Virus record (IMG/VR): IMGVR_UViG_3300036801_000174
Coordinates: 1-64,000 of that record
Length of the DNA stretch: 64,000 nt
Direction: 5' to 3' (one strand)
Source of the DNA: a virus
Part shown: positions 36,533 through 46,234 of the stretch, piece after piece
Layout of the letters: every line of letters starts with the position of its first letter
How positions within the stretch are numbered: the stretch's first letter is position 1
Made by a program: the position numbers and the translations under genes
The notes under the pieces: model-generated
What the model was told of the DNA's origin: nothing
Seen by the model: only the letters and a program-made list of their open reading frames with translations
Databases searched by the model: none

Positions 36533-37464
36533 CGCGATCTGCCTCCCCGGGGAGGGCGGTTACGGTAGGTGACTTCGGCTGGGAGCGGCACATGCGGCCG
36601 GTCTGGGCGGTTACGCTCTGCGACATCCTGTGTCCCTGATGTCCTAGATTGTCCTAGCTTTCGGTCCGGGGAGACCCGCCCGAAGGGCGCTGTGCCGGCC
36701 CTCCCGGCTTGCTGGCGCTCCGGCTGTGACCCTGCGTCACTTCGGCGCAGGCGCCCGCGCACCTTGGCAGTCACCCGCTGTAGCCGTCCCCGGTGCTGCG
36801 CCCACGCCTCGTCCTTGGACCCGGTGTAGCCGCCATGCTTGACGGCCAGCCCGAACACCCAGTCGGTGCTCTTAAAGCCGAAGTGATCCCTGACCTTGCT
36901 CAGGTTCTCGCCGTCGCGGAGCATCTGCCCGGCGTCGCGGCCGACCTGCTCAACGCACGGGACGCACCGCTTGCCGGGGTTGCGCGTCTTGCCGCGGCAG
37001 CGCTCGTGGTTGATGCAGTCGTGCTGCGGCGGGGGCACCGGGAGCGGCCTGCCGCCGTTGTTGCGCACCTTGTCCTGGTGCTGCTTCGGGCCGTCCCCGG
37101 TGAACAGGTTGCCGCCCCGGGCGCGGGACTCCTCCTCCGTCGTACCGGGACGCCAGGAATTGTGGGTTCCCACATCGTCCCAGTGCCGCGACTGCAGGCC
37201 TTCTGGGATCGGGCCGCCTTTGAATGCGAAGTTCTCCAGCACCACGCGGTGCGCCTGGCGGGTCACCCGCTTGCCGTCCTTGTCCAGGTACTTCACCAGG
37301 ACGTAACCGTCATCAGTGGTGGTGGTGGCGATCGGCTGGGCCTTGAGGTTGCGGCCCGAGGGGGACTTGCGGGCGTCGGCGTAGAAGTTGCCGTCCCAGC
37401 TGACCCGGAACCCGGGCCACGCGTCCCAGATCGGTTTCCACTGCTCGGGTTCGTGGTCGGTCAT
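36529..37464 (-). CDS. divergent NUMOD4/HNH-like protein
   Basis: EQWKPI..FRVSWDG..DGYVLV..AHRVVLENF..SRHWDD..N. Confidence 0.65.
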   Translation of the reverse strand: MTDHEPEQWKPIWDAWPGFRVSWDGNFYADARKSPSGRNLKAQPIATTTTDDGYVLVKYLDKDGKRVTRQAHRVVLENFAFKGGPIPEGLQSRHWDDVGTHNSWRPGTTEEESRARGGNLFTGDGPKQHQDKVRNNGGRPLPVPPPQHDCINHERCRGKTRNPGKRCVPCVEQVGRDAGQMLRDGENLSKVRDHFGFKSTDWVFGLAVKHGGYTGSKDEAWAQHRGRLQRVTAKVRGRLRRSDAGSQPERQQAGRAGTAPFGRVSPDRKLGQSRTSGTQDVAERNRPDRPHVPLPAEVTYRNRPPRGGRSR

Positions 37465-38291
37465 CGTGACCTCCCGGTGTGCGAGTGGTGCCTGCCGCCG
37501 CTCTTCGGCCTGTCGTCGTGTCCCTGCAAGGCCATTACGAACAGGTCACGGATTGTGGCGGCGCGCTCCGTGCGGGCATCAAGGGCCGAGCGGAGGCGCT
37601 CAAGCGACCGGGGGTCGTTGTAATCGGCGAGCTTCCAGAACTGCCACCAGCGCGGGTTCCGCGCCAGCGCCCGGCGCACTTTGGCAGCTTCGGCCTTCGC
37701 CTGCTCGTGGGTAGCGTTCCAGTAGTAGGCGCACATCTGGCCCGTATCAGCCCACGGGGAGTGCTCCTCCGCGGTTGCCCCGAGGAACACCAGGCGCCCG
37801 ATGAGGCCTGCGGCCTTCTCCTCATCGAACGGGCCGCTGGCGACGGCCAGGCCCTTCAGTTCGGCGTCCAGGGCGACCGGATCGCCGACTTCCGCCCGGG
37901 GCATGAGGCTGAAGGGGAGACCCTTCTGCACGGCGCGCCTGGAGGCACCACGCCACAGGCCGAGGAAGAACATGAGGCTGTCGTCAAGGCGGAACAGTTC
38001 AGCGCGGCCGTCTCCGGTGATCTGGCTGTCCGCGAAGCGCTTGTGGAAGGCGTCCTCCACGTCCTCGCCGCCTGGCACCAGCATGAGCACGTCCTCAAAT
38101 GAGAGGTAGAAGCCCCGCAGCCGCGCCTTCAGGCTGGTGGACGTGCCGATCTTGACGTTGTCACCCATGCGCACGAAGTAGACGACCGGCAGGTGATTCT
38201 CGCCTGCGAGGATGCGGGCCAGTTCAACACCACCCGCATAGCTGCGCTTGTCCATTCCCTGCTCCCCCTCAGGTCGGTTACGGCTTGTCAT
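37461..38291 (-). CDS. T5orf172/GIY-YIG-like domain protein
   Basis: VVYFVRMGDNVKIGTS..RL..E..FHKRF..ELF. Confidence 0.7.
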   Translation of the reverse strand: MTSRNRPEGEQGMDKRSYAGGVELARILAGENHLPVVYFVRMGDNVKIGTSTSLKARLRGFYLSFEDVLMLVPGGEDVEDAFHKRFADSQITGDGRAELFRLDDSLMFFLGLWRGASRRAVQKGLPFSLMPRAEVGDPVALDAELKGLAVASGPFDEEKAAGLIGRLVFLGATAEEHSPWADTGQMCAYYWNATHEQAKAEAAKVRRALARNPRWWQFWKLADYNDPRSLERLRSALDARTERAATIRDLFVMALQGHDDRPKSGGRHHSHTGRSR

Positions 38292-40162
38292 CGCGCTGCG
38301 CTCCCTATCAGGCGGCGCTCCTCTTCCCAGTCGGCGATCTCAACCGGGTCGTAGGCGGGTGCGGATCCCTTCTTGCGGACCGGTTCCGGGACGGGCTTCC
38401 CGGCCGCCCGGTCGCGCTGCATCTGCTTCTTGACCGCGTCGGGAGTCGGCCCGGTGATCTCGCGGTCGACCAGCTCGGCGATCGTCAGGGGCTCCGGCGG
38501 AGGGGGCAAAGCGGGCATATGTCCACGACTTGCCGGGACATCCGGGCCAGATTCCCCGGTGTCCGCGACTTGACCGCTGTCCGGGACAAGGCGCAGGGCG
38601 AGCTTGCGGGCCGTGCCGGAGGCTTCCTGGGCAGCGCGCTCAGGAGTGCCTAGCGGTGCGAGGGTGCCTTCGATGCCGAGACACGGCATGTCGCCGGCTG
38701 CGCTGGCGATGACGCCTGCCGTGGCCCAGGCGCGGGCCTCGGCGCCGGTCATGAAGGCAGCCTGGATCTCGGTGCTGGTCTTCGCGGTGACCACATGGAG
38801 GCGCCCCTTGACATCCGACCCGGCCGGCAGCGGGTGACGGTCGCCGACGAGCATCTTCCAGGTGGACGCGGCCGGGTTGGAGATGAGCTTGAGGCCCAGG
38901 TTCTCGCGGCTGTCCGCCGAGCCGCCGCCGGTTGCCTTCGCTGACAGCCGCTGGCCGATGTAGACCAGGTTGACCGCGACGGCGCGGCCGGTGAACGCAA
39001 CCCGGTCCAGCGCGATCACGGCCGGTGACATGCCCTTGCCGCCGATGGACCGCCAGTAGGACTTGAGTTCCGCCGCGGTCGCGTTCAGTTCTTCCAGGAG
39101 GGCGACGATCCTCGGGCCGGGGTTGGCGTGGACCTTGCCCTCAACGTCGGCGTGCAAGACGGCCAGGGCGTTGCGGCGGTCCACTTCGGCGGCCAGCCAG
39201 AGTGCCAGCTGGTGCACATCCTCGATCGTGCGGGCGTAGGCGACGTTGGGCAGGCCCGCCGCCCACTGGTGGCTCACGAGTTTGCGGTCCAGGACAACGG
39301 TGAGGGCGCCGTGATAGGCAAGCTGGGCGGCAGCGAGGCGGGCCGTGACACTTTTGCCATCCCCTGTGGGCATCGACAGGCCCAGGTGCGGGGAGTCGCT
39401 GTCGACGCTGACGATGAACGGGTCACTGGCGCCCTTGCGGGTCAGGCCCAGCACCATCTCGTGCTCGGCCGCTGCCTCCGCAGCGGCCAGGATCTCGGCC
39501 CAGGCGACGAAGCCGGGCATCGGCTCCGCCTTGGTGAACACGGCAACCGGACGGCGCCGCAGCGGCGACTGCGACCAGGCAATGCCGGGCGGCCCGGCGA
39601 TCGCGATCCGCGGCACGGCGGCGAGGACAGCCTGGCTGACCTTCTCCTTGGCCTGGACGTCGAAGTCAGGCCCGAACTCAAGCCACACCTTGCTGTGGTC
39701 GCGTGCGACCTGGGCGTCGCGGGCAGGGATCCCGGCAGTGGCGAGGGACTGTTCCAGCGGCTGAACGTTGTCTTTGACGTGGGTCCAGTTCCGCACGGTC
39801 CAGGTGAAGTGCCATATCCCGGCGAGGATCGCCACGGCGGCGATGACAGCAAAGACGCGGAGGGTGGCAGTGCGGTGCGCTGCGAGACCCCATGCGGTCG
39901 CGAGGATGGCGATGGTGGCCAGATGGCGGGCCAGGGCACGCCGGGATGCGTCGGGGTGCTTCTTGCCGGTGCCCCGGCGGGCCGCGTCCCTGCCTGCGGG
40001 AGTGCGGGGCTGACCGTCAAGCGGGATACCGGCAATCCACCGTCCCGCCGCTGTCAGCTTGCCGTGCTTGCGGCTGTGCTCCGCAATCCGTGACACGACC
40101 GCAAGAACCACCACAACGCAGACGATGATGACCGCGAGCGTGACAATGCTGCTAGTGCTCAT
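38288..40162 (-). CDS. FtsK/SpoIIIE-family (TraB-like) DNA translocase
   Basis: N-terminal TM helices, SPHLGLSMPTGDGKS Walker A, IVALLEE Walker B, GRA..Q motif, C-terminal winged-HTH-like tail. Confidence 0.8.
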   Translation of the reverse strand: MSTSSIVTLAVIIVCVVVVLAVVSRIAEHSRKHGKLTAAGRWIAGIPLDGQPRTPAGRDAARRGTGKKHPDASRRALARHLATIAILATAWGLAAHRTATLRVFAVIAAVAILAGIWHFTWTVRNWTHVKDNVQPLEQSLATAGIPARDAQVARDHSKVWLEFGPDFDVQAKEKVSQAVLAAVPRIAIAGPPGIAWSQSPLRRRPVAVFTKAEPMPGFVAWAEILAAAEAAAEHEMVLGLTRKGASDPFIVSVDSDSPHLGLSMPTGDGKSVTARLAAAQLAYHGALTVVLDRKLVSHQWAAGLPNVAYARTIEDVHQLALWLAAEVDRRNALAVLHADVEGKVHANPGPRIVALLEELNATAAELKSYWRSIGGKGMSPAVIALDRVAFTGRAVAVNLVYIGQRLSAKATGGGSADSRENLGLKLISNPAASTWKMLVGDRHPLPAGSDVKGRLHVVTAKTSTEIQAAFMTGAEARAWATAGVIASAAGDMPCLGIEGTLAPLGTPERAAQEASGTARKLALRLVPDSGQVADTGESGPDVPASRGHMPALPPPPEPLTIAELVDREITGPTPDAVKKQMQRDRAAGKPVPEPVRKKGSAPAYDPVEIADWEEERRLIGSAAR

Positions 40163-40331
40163 CCGTCCCTCCCGCGATGGCCTTGACGTGATGGAAGACC
40201 CATACGGCGCCCTGCTTCACGAGCCAGCCAGCCATGCACGCCGCAGCCAGGGCGGTGAGCATGACCGCGCGGGCCTTGTGGCGGCGCCACAGGCCGTCTG
40301 CCCGGCTCAGGTACTGGCTGGCTCGCTGCAT
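40152..40331 (-). CDS. small membrane protein
   Basis: AAGGAG RBS, 59 aa with one TM helix. Confidence 0.55.
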   Translation of the reverse strand: MQRASQYLSRADGLWRRHKARAVMLTALAAACMAGWLVKQGAVWVFHHVKAIAGGTDEH

Positions 40332-40353
40332 GGGTAACTGGCTCCTTGCCGGT

Positions 40354-41007
40354 TCAGCGGCTACGGGCACGGGTGGGCTGGCGGATGGTCTCGTGAGGCA
40401 GCGGGTGCGCGGTCCTGGCAGGTGCCGGTGCGCTGCGCTCCTCCGGGGCGTGGCCGTTGGTGGCGGCCTTGCCGGGCTCGCTGCGGGTGACGTCCTTCTG
40501 GGCGCCATCGGGGCGCGGGTCGCGGCCACGGGGCATCGGGTGGTCCTCCTGGCCAGGCCGGGTCCGTGCGCTGAGACGCTGGCGCAGCGACGGACGCCCG
40601 GTGCGCTCCTTACGGGGCTTCTGGCCCTTCTCCCGGCGCTCCGCCCGCTGGTCCCGGTCCCGCTGCCTGAGGTCGGCTTTGGCCAGCGGGCGGTCAGTGA
40701 GCGGGGTGTAGCCGCGCCAGGGAGTGGCCGGGCCGGGTGCCTGGCGCTTCGGCGCCTTCGCTGGCTCAGCGCGGACGCCGAGGGTCTTGTGCATCCGCTT
40801 CGGCGTGACCTTGCGCACCGCAGCCTTAGCCACCGCCGCGCTCCGGACCCTGGCACCGCGCTGGCGGTGCAGGATCTTCTGGATCTCGCGGTGGGCCGCT
40901 ACCCGCACTGAGTGGAACGGAGAGCGCAGCGCCTTGATCGCCTTCTGCAGCTTCAGCTTGTCGCGGACGCTGAGGGGGCGGTAACTGGATCCTTTTCCTG
41001 TAGCCAC
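40354..41007 (-). CDS. basic hypothetical protein
   Basis: AAGGAG RBS, R/K-rich 217 aa. Confidence 0.55.
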   Translation of the reverse strand: MATGKGSSYRPLSVRDKLKLQKAIKALRSPFHSVRVAAHREIQKILHRQRGARVRSAAVAKAAVRKVTPKRMHKTLGVRAEPAKAPKRQAPGPATPWRGYTPLTDRPLAKADLRQRDRDQRAERREKGQKPRKERTGRPSLRQRLSARTRPGQEDHPMPRGRDPRPDGAQKDVTRSEPGKAATNGHAPEERSAPAPARTAHPLPHETIRQPTRARSR

Positions 41008-42782
41008 TGCGGGCTCCTTGCTTCAGACGGGATCTTGCTGCCATCGGAGACGGCAGGCGGGACGGGTACGGCGGGCATCGGGATGGCCTGGCGGTGCGGG
41101 GCCTCGATCGCGGGCTGCGGCTGCGGTGCGCAGGCCGGGAAATTCTCGGGGCCGAGAGGGGCGGCGCAGTAACCGCGGCGCTCCCACACGGGCGTGACGC
41201 GGGCGAACACCGGGCGGGTAGACCGGTGCAGCACCAGGGCCTCGAACTTGGCCAGCATGCGGATGCGCTCCGGCGGCACGGCGCGCTCCTGGCGTGGCTG
41301 CCTGGTTTTCCCGCCGCCGGGGTTCTTGACGTGATCCCAGGTGTCGCGTGGCCCGCACACCGCAGAGATGGCCTCAAGATCCTGGTGGTTCGTCTCCCCG
41401 CCGAAAATGACCTTCACTGTGGCGTTGGTGAAAATCGTCTGGCCGTCCTGGTCGCCCCAGCGTGACCGCAACTGCGAGAGTGCCTGGATAGACGCCATAA
41501 CGGTGACGCCATGGCCGCCGGACTCACTCATCCACTTGTGCAGCGGCACCGGGCAGGTGATCGGCGCCTCGTCCAGGGCCAGGGTCAGCGGGCGGGGCAG
41601 GCGCGTGCGGGGGCTGGAGGACGCGACCCTCTTCGCGGTCTCAAACAGGTGCGCGGTGAACGTGGCGAAGTAGGGGGCCAGGGAACCGTGCGGCTTGTCG
41701 GCGCCGATCAGGTAGATCGTGCCGGTGCCATCGCGCACGAAGCGCTCAGCATCGAACTCCGTCCCCGGCGCGGGGCATGCAGCGGCGGCCATGGCCGGGT
41801 CGGACAGCCACGCCAGGGCGGTCATCACGCCCGTGGACGTGTAGCCGCCGTAGTTCTCGTCAGTGTTCATGCGCTCGGCCATCGCGGCGATCTCGTCGCC
41901 CCACCCGGGCGCCGCGTTAGCGTGCGTGGCCAGCACCCTGAGGGGGGTGGGGTCGGCGAGAACGGCAGCGGCCCAGCGGCGCACTTCCCAGATCGTCGCG
42001 CCGGGGATCAGGGCGGCCGCATGAAGCAGATACTGCAGGAAAGTCTTGGACTGGTGATCCCACCATGCGTCCTTGCCGGAGGAGTCCTTCGGCGCGGCGT
42101 TGATCAGGTATCCGGCGCGCTGCATCGCCACCGCCGGGTTCTCGCAGCCGCGTACAGGCGACCACGACAGGGTTGAGGGGATGCCGCCATCGCCGTCAGG
42201 GTTCAGCACCCAGATGGGCCCGTGGGCGCTGCGCGGGACGGCGGTATTGGCGTACAGGTCGGTGCGCGTCGAGGTGGCCAGTACCGCCCCGGGGGCATCA
42301 GAAATCCAGCAGCCCAGCAGCCCGGACTTCCCGGTCCGGGGCGGCGCTATGAGGATGTAGGTGTCTTCGGCGCTGCCAGCGAGCGTTCGGCCTTTCGCGT
42401 CGCCGATGACGACGTGTGATGTGTGGATGCCCGCGGTGCGGCGGCTGGCGGCGCGGGGTGACAAGTTGCCGCTGATCTCGCTGCGCGACGCTGTGCCCTG
42501 GTACTTGCGGCGCCTGCGCTCGGCCACCTTCCCGCCGGCGCGGCGCAAGCGCACAGCGTCGGTCACACCACGGACCCGCAGTACCGTGACCCCGCCAAGC
42601 GCTACCCAGCCGTAGGGGATGCCCGGGGCCATGTGGGCCGCCTCGGCGATGATCCCGGCGGTCAGGATGACGGCCGGTGGTGCGGTGCCCCTGATGGCCG
42701 AGCGCTTGGCCCTGCTGGCGCGGTCACGGACGGACCGCGGCAGGACGCTGCGCTTGGCCTTCGGGGCGGCGTTGGTCTTCAC
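40953..42782 (-). CDS. VirD4/TraG-like type IV coupling protein
   Basis: IAPPRTGKS Walker A, ATSTRTDL, WSPVRGC, LALDEA Walker B, GHGV..IQALSQLRSRWG. Confidence 0.85.
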   Translation of the reverse strand: MKTNAAPKAKRSVLPRSVRDRASRAKRSAIRGTAPPAVILTAGIIAEAAHMAPGIPYGWVALGGVTVLRVRGVTDAVRLRRAGGKVAERRRRKYQGTASRSEISGNLSPRAASRRTAGIHTSHVVIGDAKGRTLAGSAEDTYILIAPPRTGKSGLLGCWISDAPGAVLATSTRTDLYANTAVPRSAHGPIWVLNPDGDGGIPSTLSWSPVRGCENPAVAMQRAGYLINAAPKDSSGKDAWWDHQSKTFLQYLLHAAALIPGATIWEVRRWAAAVLADPTPLRVLATHANAAPGWGDEIAAMAERMNTDENYGGYTSTGVMTALAWLSDPAMAAAACPAPGTEFDAERFVRDGTGTIYLIGADKPHGSLAPYFATFTAHLFETAKRVASSSPRTRLPRPLTLALDEAPITCPVPLHKWMSESGGHGVTVMASIQALSQLRSRWGDQDGQTIFTNATVKVIFGGETNHQDLEAISAVCGPRDTWDHVKNPGGGKTRQPRQERAVPPERIRMLAKFEALVLHRSTRPVFARVTPVWERRGYCAAPLGPENFPACAPQPQPAIEAPHRQAIPMPAVPVPPAVSDGSKIPSEARSPQWLQEKDPVTAPSASATS

Positions 42783-43039
42783 CGTGACCGCCCCTTGCTG
42801 CGGGGCGCCCGCCGATCGCGCACCCGGTCAGGCTGGCGGTCTTCATCTGTCTGCTCACGCCAGGCGAGGTAGGAGTCACGATGGAGTTCCAGGTCGCTGA
42901 GATCACGCACGCCGTGTACTTCCTTCAGGTAACTGGCACGCTGCTCCTCGCTGTAGCCGGCCTTGCGCAGGCGCATCATGGCCCGGTCTGGTGATCCGTG
43001 ACGCCATTCGTCCCTGGCTGCACGCTCGGTGTCGTTCAC
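42779..43039 (-). CDS. hypothetical protein
   Basis: GAGG then GTG; GTGA-coupled to the coupling protein. Confidence 0.55.
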   Translation of the reverse strand: MNDTERAARDEWRHGSPDRAMMRLRKAGYSEEQRASYLKEVHGVRDLSDLELHRDSYLAWREQTDEDRQPDRVRDRRAPRSKGRSR

Positions 43040-43047
43040 TGGACGCC

Positions 43048-43638
43048 TCACCGGGTCCTCCCCCGCTGGACTGGCTCCCGGTCTTCCCACGGGTTGACGC
43101 GGGACTGCCTCAGGGCCTCTGCGGCACGGTCAGCCCTGCCGGGGCCCAGCACCTTGTCTGCGCGCTCGCGGGCGTCCACGGGCTGGCGCTGTGCGAGCGG
43201 GCAGTGCTCGTTGTGCTGCCTGGTGAGCCGCTCATTACGCTCCTGCGCCGACTCGCGCGGCTGTGCGGGAAGGGCCCGGTAGGCGTCGGGACCGTGCTCC
43301 CATGCGCCGGTGCCGGGAGTGAACGCACCCGACTTCCGCATCCGGGCGAACTGCTCGTCGCGGCGCCGGTAGATCTCGGCGTCATCGCGGCGGGGCCTGC
43401 CTGTGGCCGGGTTGATGCGGTCCCGGTAACCCGGCAGCGAGGAGCGGAGGCCGCGGGTGGCGCGCTCGGCCCAGAAGCCCTTGCCAGTCTCGGCGAACCG
43501 GCGGCGGCGCCAGTTGCCCACCTGGCCGGAGACGGTTCGCAGCGGACGCGTGGCCCGGTAGAGACCGTTCTGCAGGGGCACTGTGGCCTTGCGCGCGTAC
43601 CAGGGAGCGTCGTGAGCGTAGTCAGACAGGCGGCTCAT
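43048..43638 (-). CDS. Arg-rich hypothetical protein
   Basis: GGAGG RBS, ATGA coupling. Confidence 0.6.
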   Translation of the reverse strand: MSRLSDYAHDAPWYARKATVPLQNGLYRATRPLRTVSGQVGNWRRRRFAETGKGFWAERATRGLRSSLPGYRDRINPATGRPRRDDAEIYRRRDEQFARMRKSGAFTPGTGAWEHGPDAYRALPAQPRESAQERNERLTRQHNEHCPLAQRQPVDARERADKVLGPGRADRAAEALRQSRVNPWEDREPVQRGRTR

Positions 43639-43856
43639 CGTGACCTCCCTCGCCGCTGCGCTCGCTCAATGGCGGCGTGCGCTTCGTTGGTCACGGAGTT
43701 ACGGCGCACGGCGGAGCGGTCTCGGCCCACGTTGCGGGAGAAGTTCTCCATGAACTCGTGGAAGGCGACCCTGCTGCCGCGCGCCGGGTCATGCGGGATG
43801 TTCCAGATCTCGGCGAAGCGGTCGTACAGCCGCTCGACTTCGCCAGGCTTCCTCAT
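43635..43856 (-). CDS. hypothetical protein
   Basis: ATGA coupling at both ends. Confidence 0.55.
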   Translation of the reverse strand: MRKPGEVERLYDRFAEIWNIPHDPARGSRVAFHEFMENFSRNVGRDRSAVRRNSVTNEAHAAIERAQRRGRSR

Positions 43857-44305
43857 GGCAATTCCTTCCGTGGCACCGGCACCGCGTCCGTGATGACGTA
43901 GGGCACCTGGATGGGTGGCTTGGTCTCGATGACCTGGACGGCGGGGGTGTTCATCGCGGCGAGGATGTGCCGCACGCTCGCCAGTTCGGCCTGCGTCAGC
44001 CCGGCCACTGCGGCACGCGCAGCAACGGGCGCGGCCAGCCGCGCGGGGCGGACGCCGCGGCGGAACACCAGCACCGTGCAGAAGCGGTGCAGGATCCAGA
44101 CCTCAGCGACGACGACACCGCAGGCCAGCGCCAGGCCGATACCCAGCACGATGGCGTATGCCACCACCCACTGGGCAACGAAGTAGAGGACGAAGGCGGC
44201 AGCCGCCACGGGTGCGACCACCATCACGAACTCGGCCAGCACCTCCAGCGGGCCGCCGGTCTGGACGGTGACCCTGGCCGGGCGGGTGTACTCGTGGGTA
44301 GGCAT
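43853..44305 (-). CDS. membrane protein
   Basis: two TM helices, GAGGT RBS. Confidence 0.6.
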   Translation of the reverse strand: MPTHEYTRPARVTVQTGGPLEVLAEFVMVVAPVAAAAFVLYFVAQWVVAYAIVLGIGLALACGVVVAEVWILHRFCTVLVFRRGVRPARLAAPVAARAAVAGLTQAELASVRHILAAMNTPAVQVIETKPPIQVPYVITDAVPVPRKELP

Positions 44306-44677
44306 CTAGGCCACCTCTTCCGTTCCGCAGCACTTGCCGCGCCGGGCGGCCTCGCACTCGGTGCACTCCAGGCGCCCGTCGCTGCGGACCCTGGTGTTCG
44401 CCGCGGAGCGCCAGTGCCCGTTGTCGCACAGCGGGGAGGGCGGCAGGGAGCCGTGACCGGAGCCCTCGAAGTCCACGCCCGCCCAGATCCCCCATCGCTG
44501 GTCTGTCGCCAGGGCGTACTCCAGGCACGGCGGCCGTGACGGGCACGCCTGGCAGACCTGCTTGGCTGCGTCGATGCCTGCCGGGTCCTCAGGGAACTGC
44601 CGGTCAGGGTCGGCGCCACACGGGAGGCCGGGGGCGTCCCGGACGGCGCGCAGGAAGACGGCAGCCGGGCTGGTCAT
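44306..44677 (-). CDS. whiB: WhiB-family regulator with C-terminal zinc finger
   Basis: C..DPD.FP..AKQVCQACPSRPPCLEYAL..WGIWAG; then CDNGH..NT..G..ECTEC. Confidence 0.85.
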   Translation of the reverse strand: MTSPAAVFLRAVRDAPGLPCGADPDRQFPEDPAGIDAAKQVCQACPSRPPCLEYALATDQRWGIWAGVDFEGSGHGSLPPSPLCDNGHWRSAANTRVRSDGRLECTECEAARRGKCCGTEEVA

Positions 44678-44764
44678 GACGACTCCTCGCCGCGGACGTA
44701 GCGTCCGCCCTGGACCTGCCACCCGAAGGAGGCCAGCAGCGGATTGGGATGCGGTGTGCCGTCC

Positions 44765-44801
44765 TTGGCATCCTCCCGGCCCTGAAGGGGCCAGGATTCC
44801 C
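44765..44801 (-). ncRNA. IS200/IS605-type right end / 3' part of TnpB omegaRNA scaffold
   Basis: GGGAATCCTGGCCCCTTCAGGGCCGGGAGGATGCCAA hairpin resembles typical GGAATCCC..GGAGGATGTCAA ends; predicted guide 44764-44749. Confidence 0.65.
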
Positions 44802-44807
44802 GGGCGC

Positions 44808-46055
44808 TCATGCCGCGCTCCGGGCGGTTCCCGCCGCCGCGAACTGCGCGGGCTTCTGCGGGCATAGAGCCGGGTGCCCCCCGGCGTGCGCAGGGATTTC
44901 GCCGCCAGTGGCGATGAGTCCCCGGGCAAGTACATTGCGCGCGGCATTTACATCGGCGTGGTCTTCGTGGCCGCACTCCTGGCACCGGAAGACCGCTTGG
45001 CTCTCGCGGTTCAGGGCGTTGGTGTGGCCGCAGATGTGGCACTGCTGCGAGGTGAATCTAGGGTTGACGAACAGGACCGTGACATCGGACGCCGCAGCCT
45101 TTTGCTCTAGCCGAGTGGCGAGGGTGCCCCAGCAGGAAGTCAGAATGCCCCGGCTCAGGCTGGCCTTGGCCCGGGCTCCGTTGCGAAGGAATGCGCTTGG
45201 CTGGCCAGGATCAGGCTTCGGCGCGGGCCTTCGGGTCATGCCCGCGATGTTCAGCTTCTCCAGCACGATCAGGTCGTTCTCACGGACCATGCGCGTGCTG
45301 ACCTTCTCCGCCCAGTCCTTGCGCCGGTCGACAGTGCCCGCAGTGATGCGTGCCATGGCCAGCACGGTGCGCTTCCGTTTCGCTGAGCCCTTCTGCTGCC
45401 GGGCCCGCTTGCGAGCGAGGGTGCAATAGCGTGCGGCGTCCCGGTCACCGATCCTCGGGGCCCGGTAGTGCTGGCCGCCCGAGGTCACCAGTGCAGTACG
45501 AACGCTGCGGTCAATACCGATGCGGCTGCCCGAGGGCTCACGGACAACGGCAGGCTGCAACGCAGCGAATGACACGTGCCACCGCCCGGCCCGGTCCAGG
45601 GTGACCCGGTAAGACTTGGCCTCGGGGACCGAACGGGACCAGCGGAAACGTACCCAGCCAAGCTTGGGAATCTGAACTGCGCCCCAGTGCCGCGACTGGC
45701 GCTTGACGCGGTAGCCGCGCCCTAGGTCATGAACCCGGAATCCCTCATTGCGCCCGGCCTTGCGCCAGGTCGGGTGCCCATGCGTGCGACCGAAGAAGTT
45801 CTGCATCGCCTGAGCGAAATCCCTGAGCGCTTGGCCCTGGACTTCAGAACTGCCAGCGCGCAGCCAGTCGAATTCGCTACGGGCCTCGGTAAGTTGCCGC
45901 GACTGCTCTGCGTAGCCGGGTGCGTTCTTGCGCCCGGGCCGCCACCAGGACTGCTGCTCGACCGCCAGGTTCCAGACGAACCGGGCGTGGGCGCAGTGCT
46001 CGCGCAGGATCAACTCCTGGGCAGGCGTCGGGTAGAGCCGGTATCGGGTGCTCAT
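44808..46055 (-). CDS. tnpB: RNA-guided endonuclease TnpB
   Basis: RYRLYPT..HCAHARFVWNLA, GIDRSV, IVLEKL, TSQQCHICG..CQECG..ADVNAARN. Confidence 0.93.
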   Translation of the reverse strand: MSTRYRLYPTPAQELILREHCAHARFVWNLAVEQQSWWRPGRKNAPGYAEQSRQLTEARSEFDWLRAGSSEVQGQALRDFAQAMQNFFGRTHGHPTWRKAGRNEGFRVHDLGRGYRVKRQSRHWGAVQIPKLGWVRFRWSRSVPEAKSYRVTLDRAGRWHVSFAALQPAVVREPSGSRIGIDRSVRTALVTSGGQHYRAPRIGDRDAARYCTLARKRARQQKGSAKRKRTVLAMARITAGTVDRRKDWAEKVSTRMVRENDLIVLEKLNIAGMTRRPAPKPDPGQPSAFLRNGARAKASLSRGILTSCWGTLATRLEQKAAASDVTVLFVNPRFTSQQCHICGHTNALNRESQAVFRCQECGHEDHADVNAARNVLARGLIATGGEIPAHAGGHPALCPQKPAQFAAAGTARSAA

Positions 46056-46234
46056 GACCAGTCCCCGAACAGGCGGTCAAGGGCGCTGAACACGCCCTCG
46101 GCGCTTTCCTCATGCAGGACGCAAGCCTGCTGGCCTTCCGGCACAGGCTCGCCGCAGACCCGGCCGTGACCCATGGAGACCTGGCAGGTACGGGGACGGG
46201 GGTTAAGGAGGTCATCGATGGTGACGGTGCTCAT
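46052..46234 (-). CDS. small hypothetical protein
   Basis: ATGA coupling at both ends. Confidence 0.55.
   Translation of the reverse strand: MSTVTIDDLLNPRPRTCQVSMGHGRVCGEPVPEGQQACVLHEESAEGVFSALDRLFGDWS

Noticed and set aside
44749-44764. Self-targets of the predicted TnpB guide near 58073 (11-nt match) and 18096 (10-nt match)
   Set aside because: Short matches are plausible by chance in GC-rich DNA and their 5' flanks share no obvious TAM
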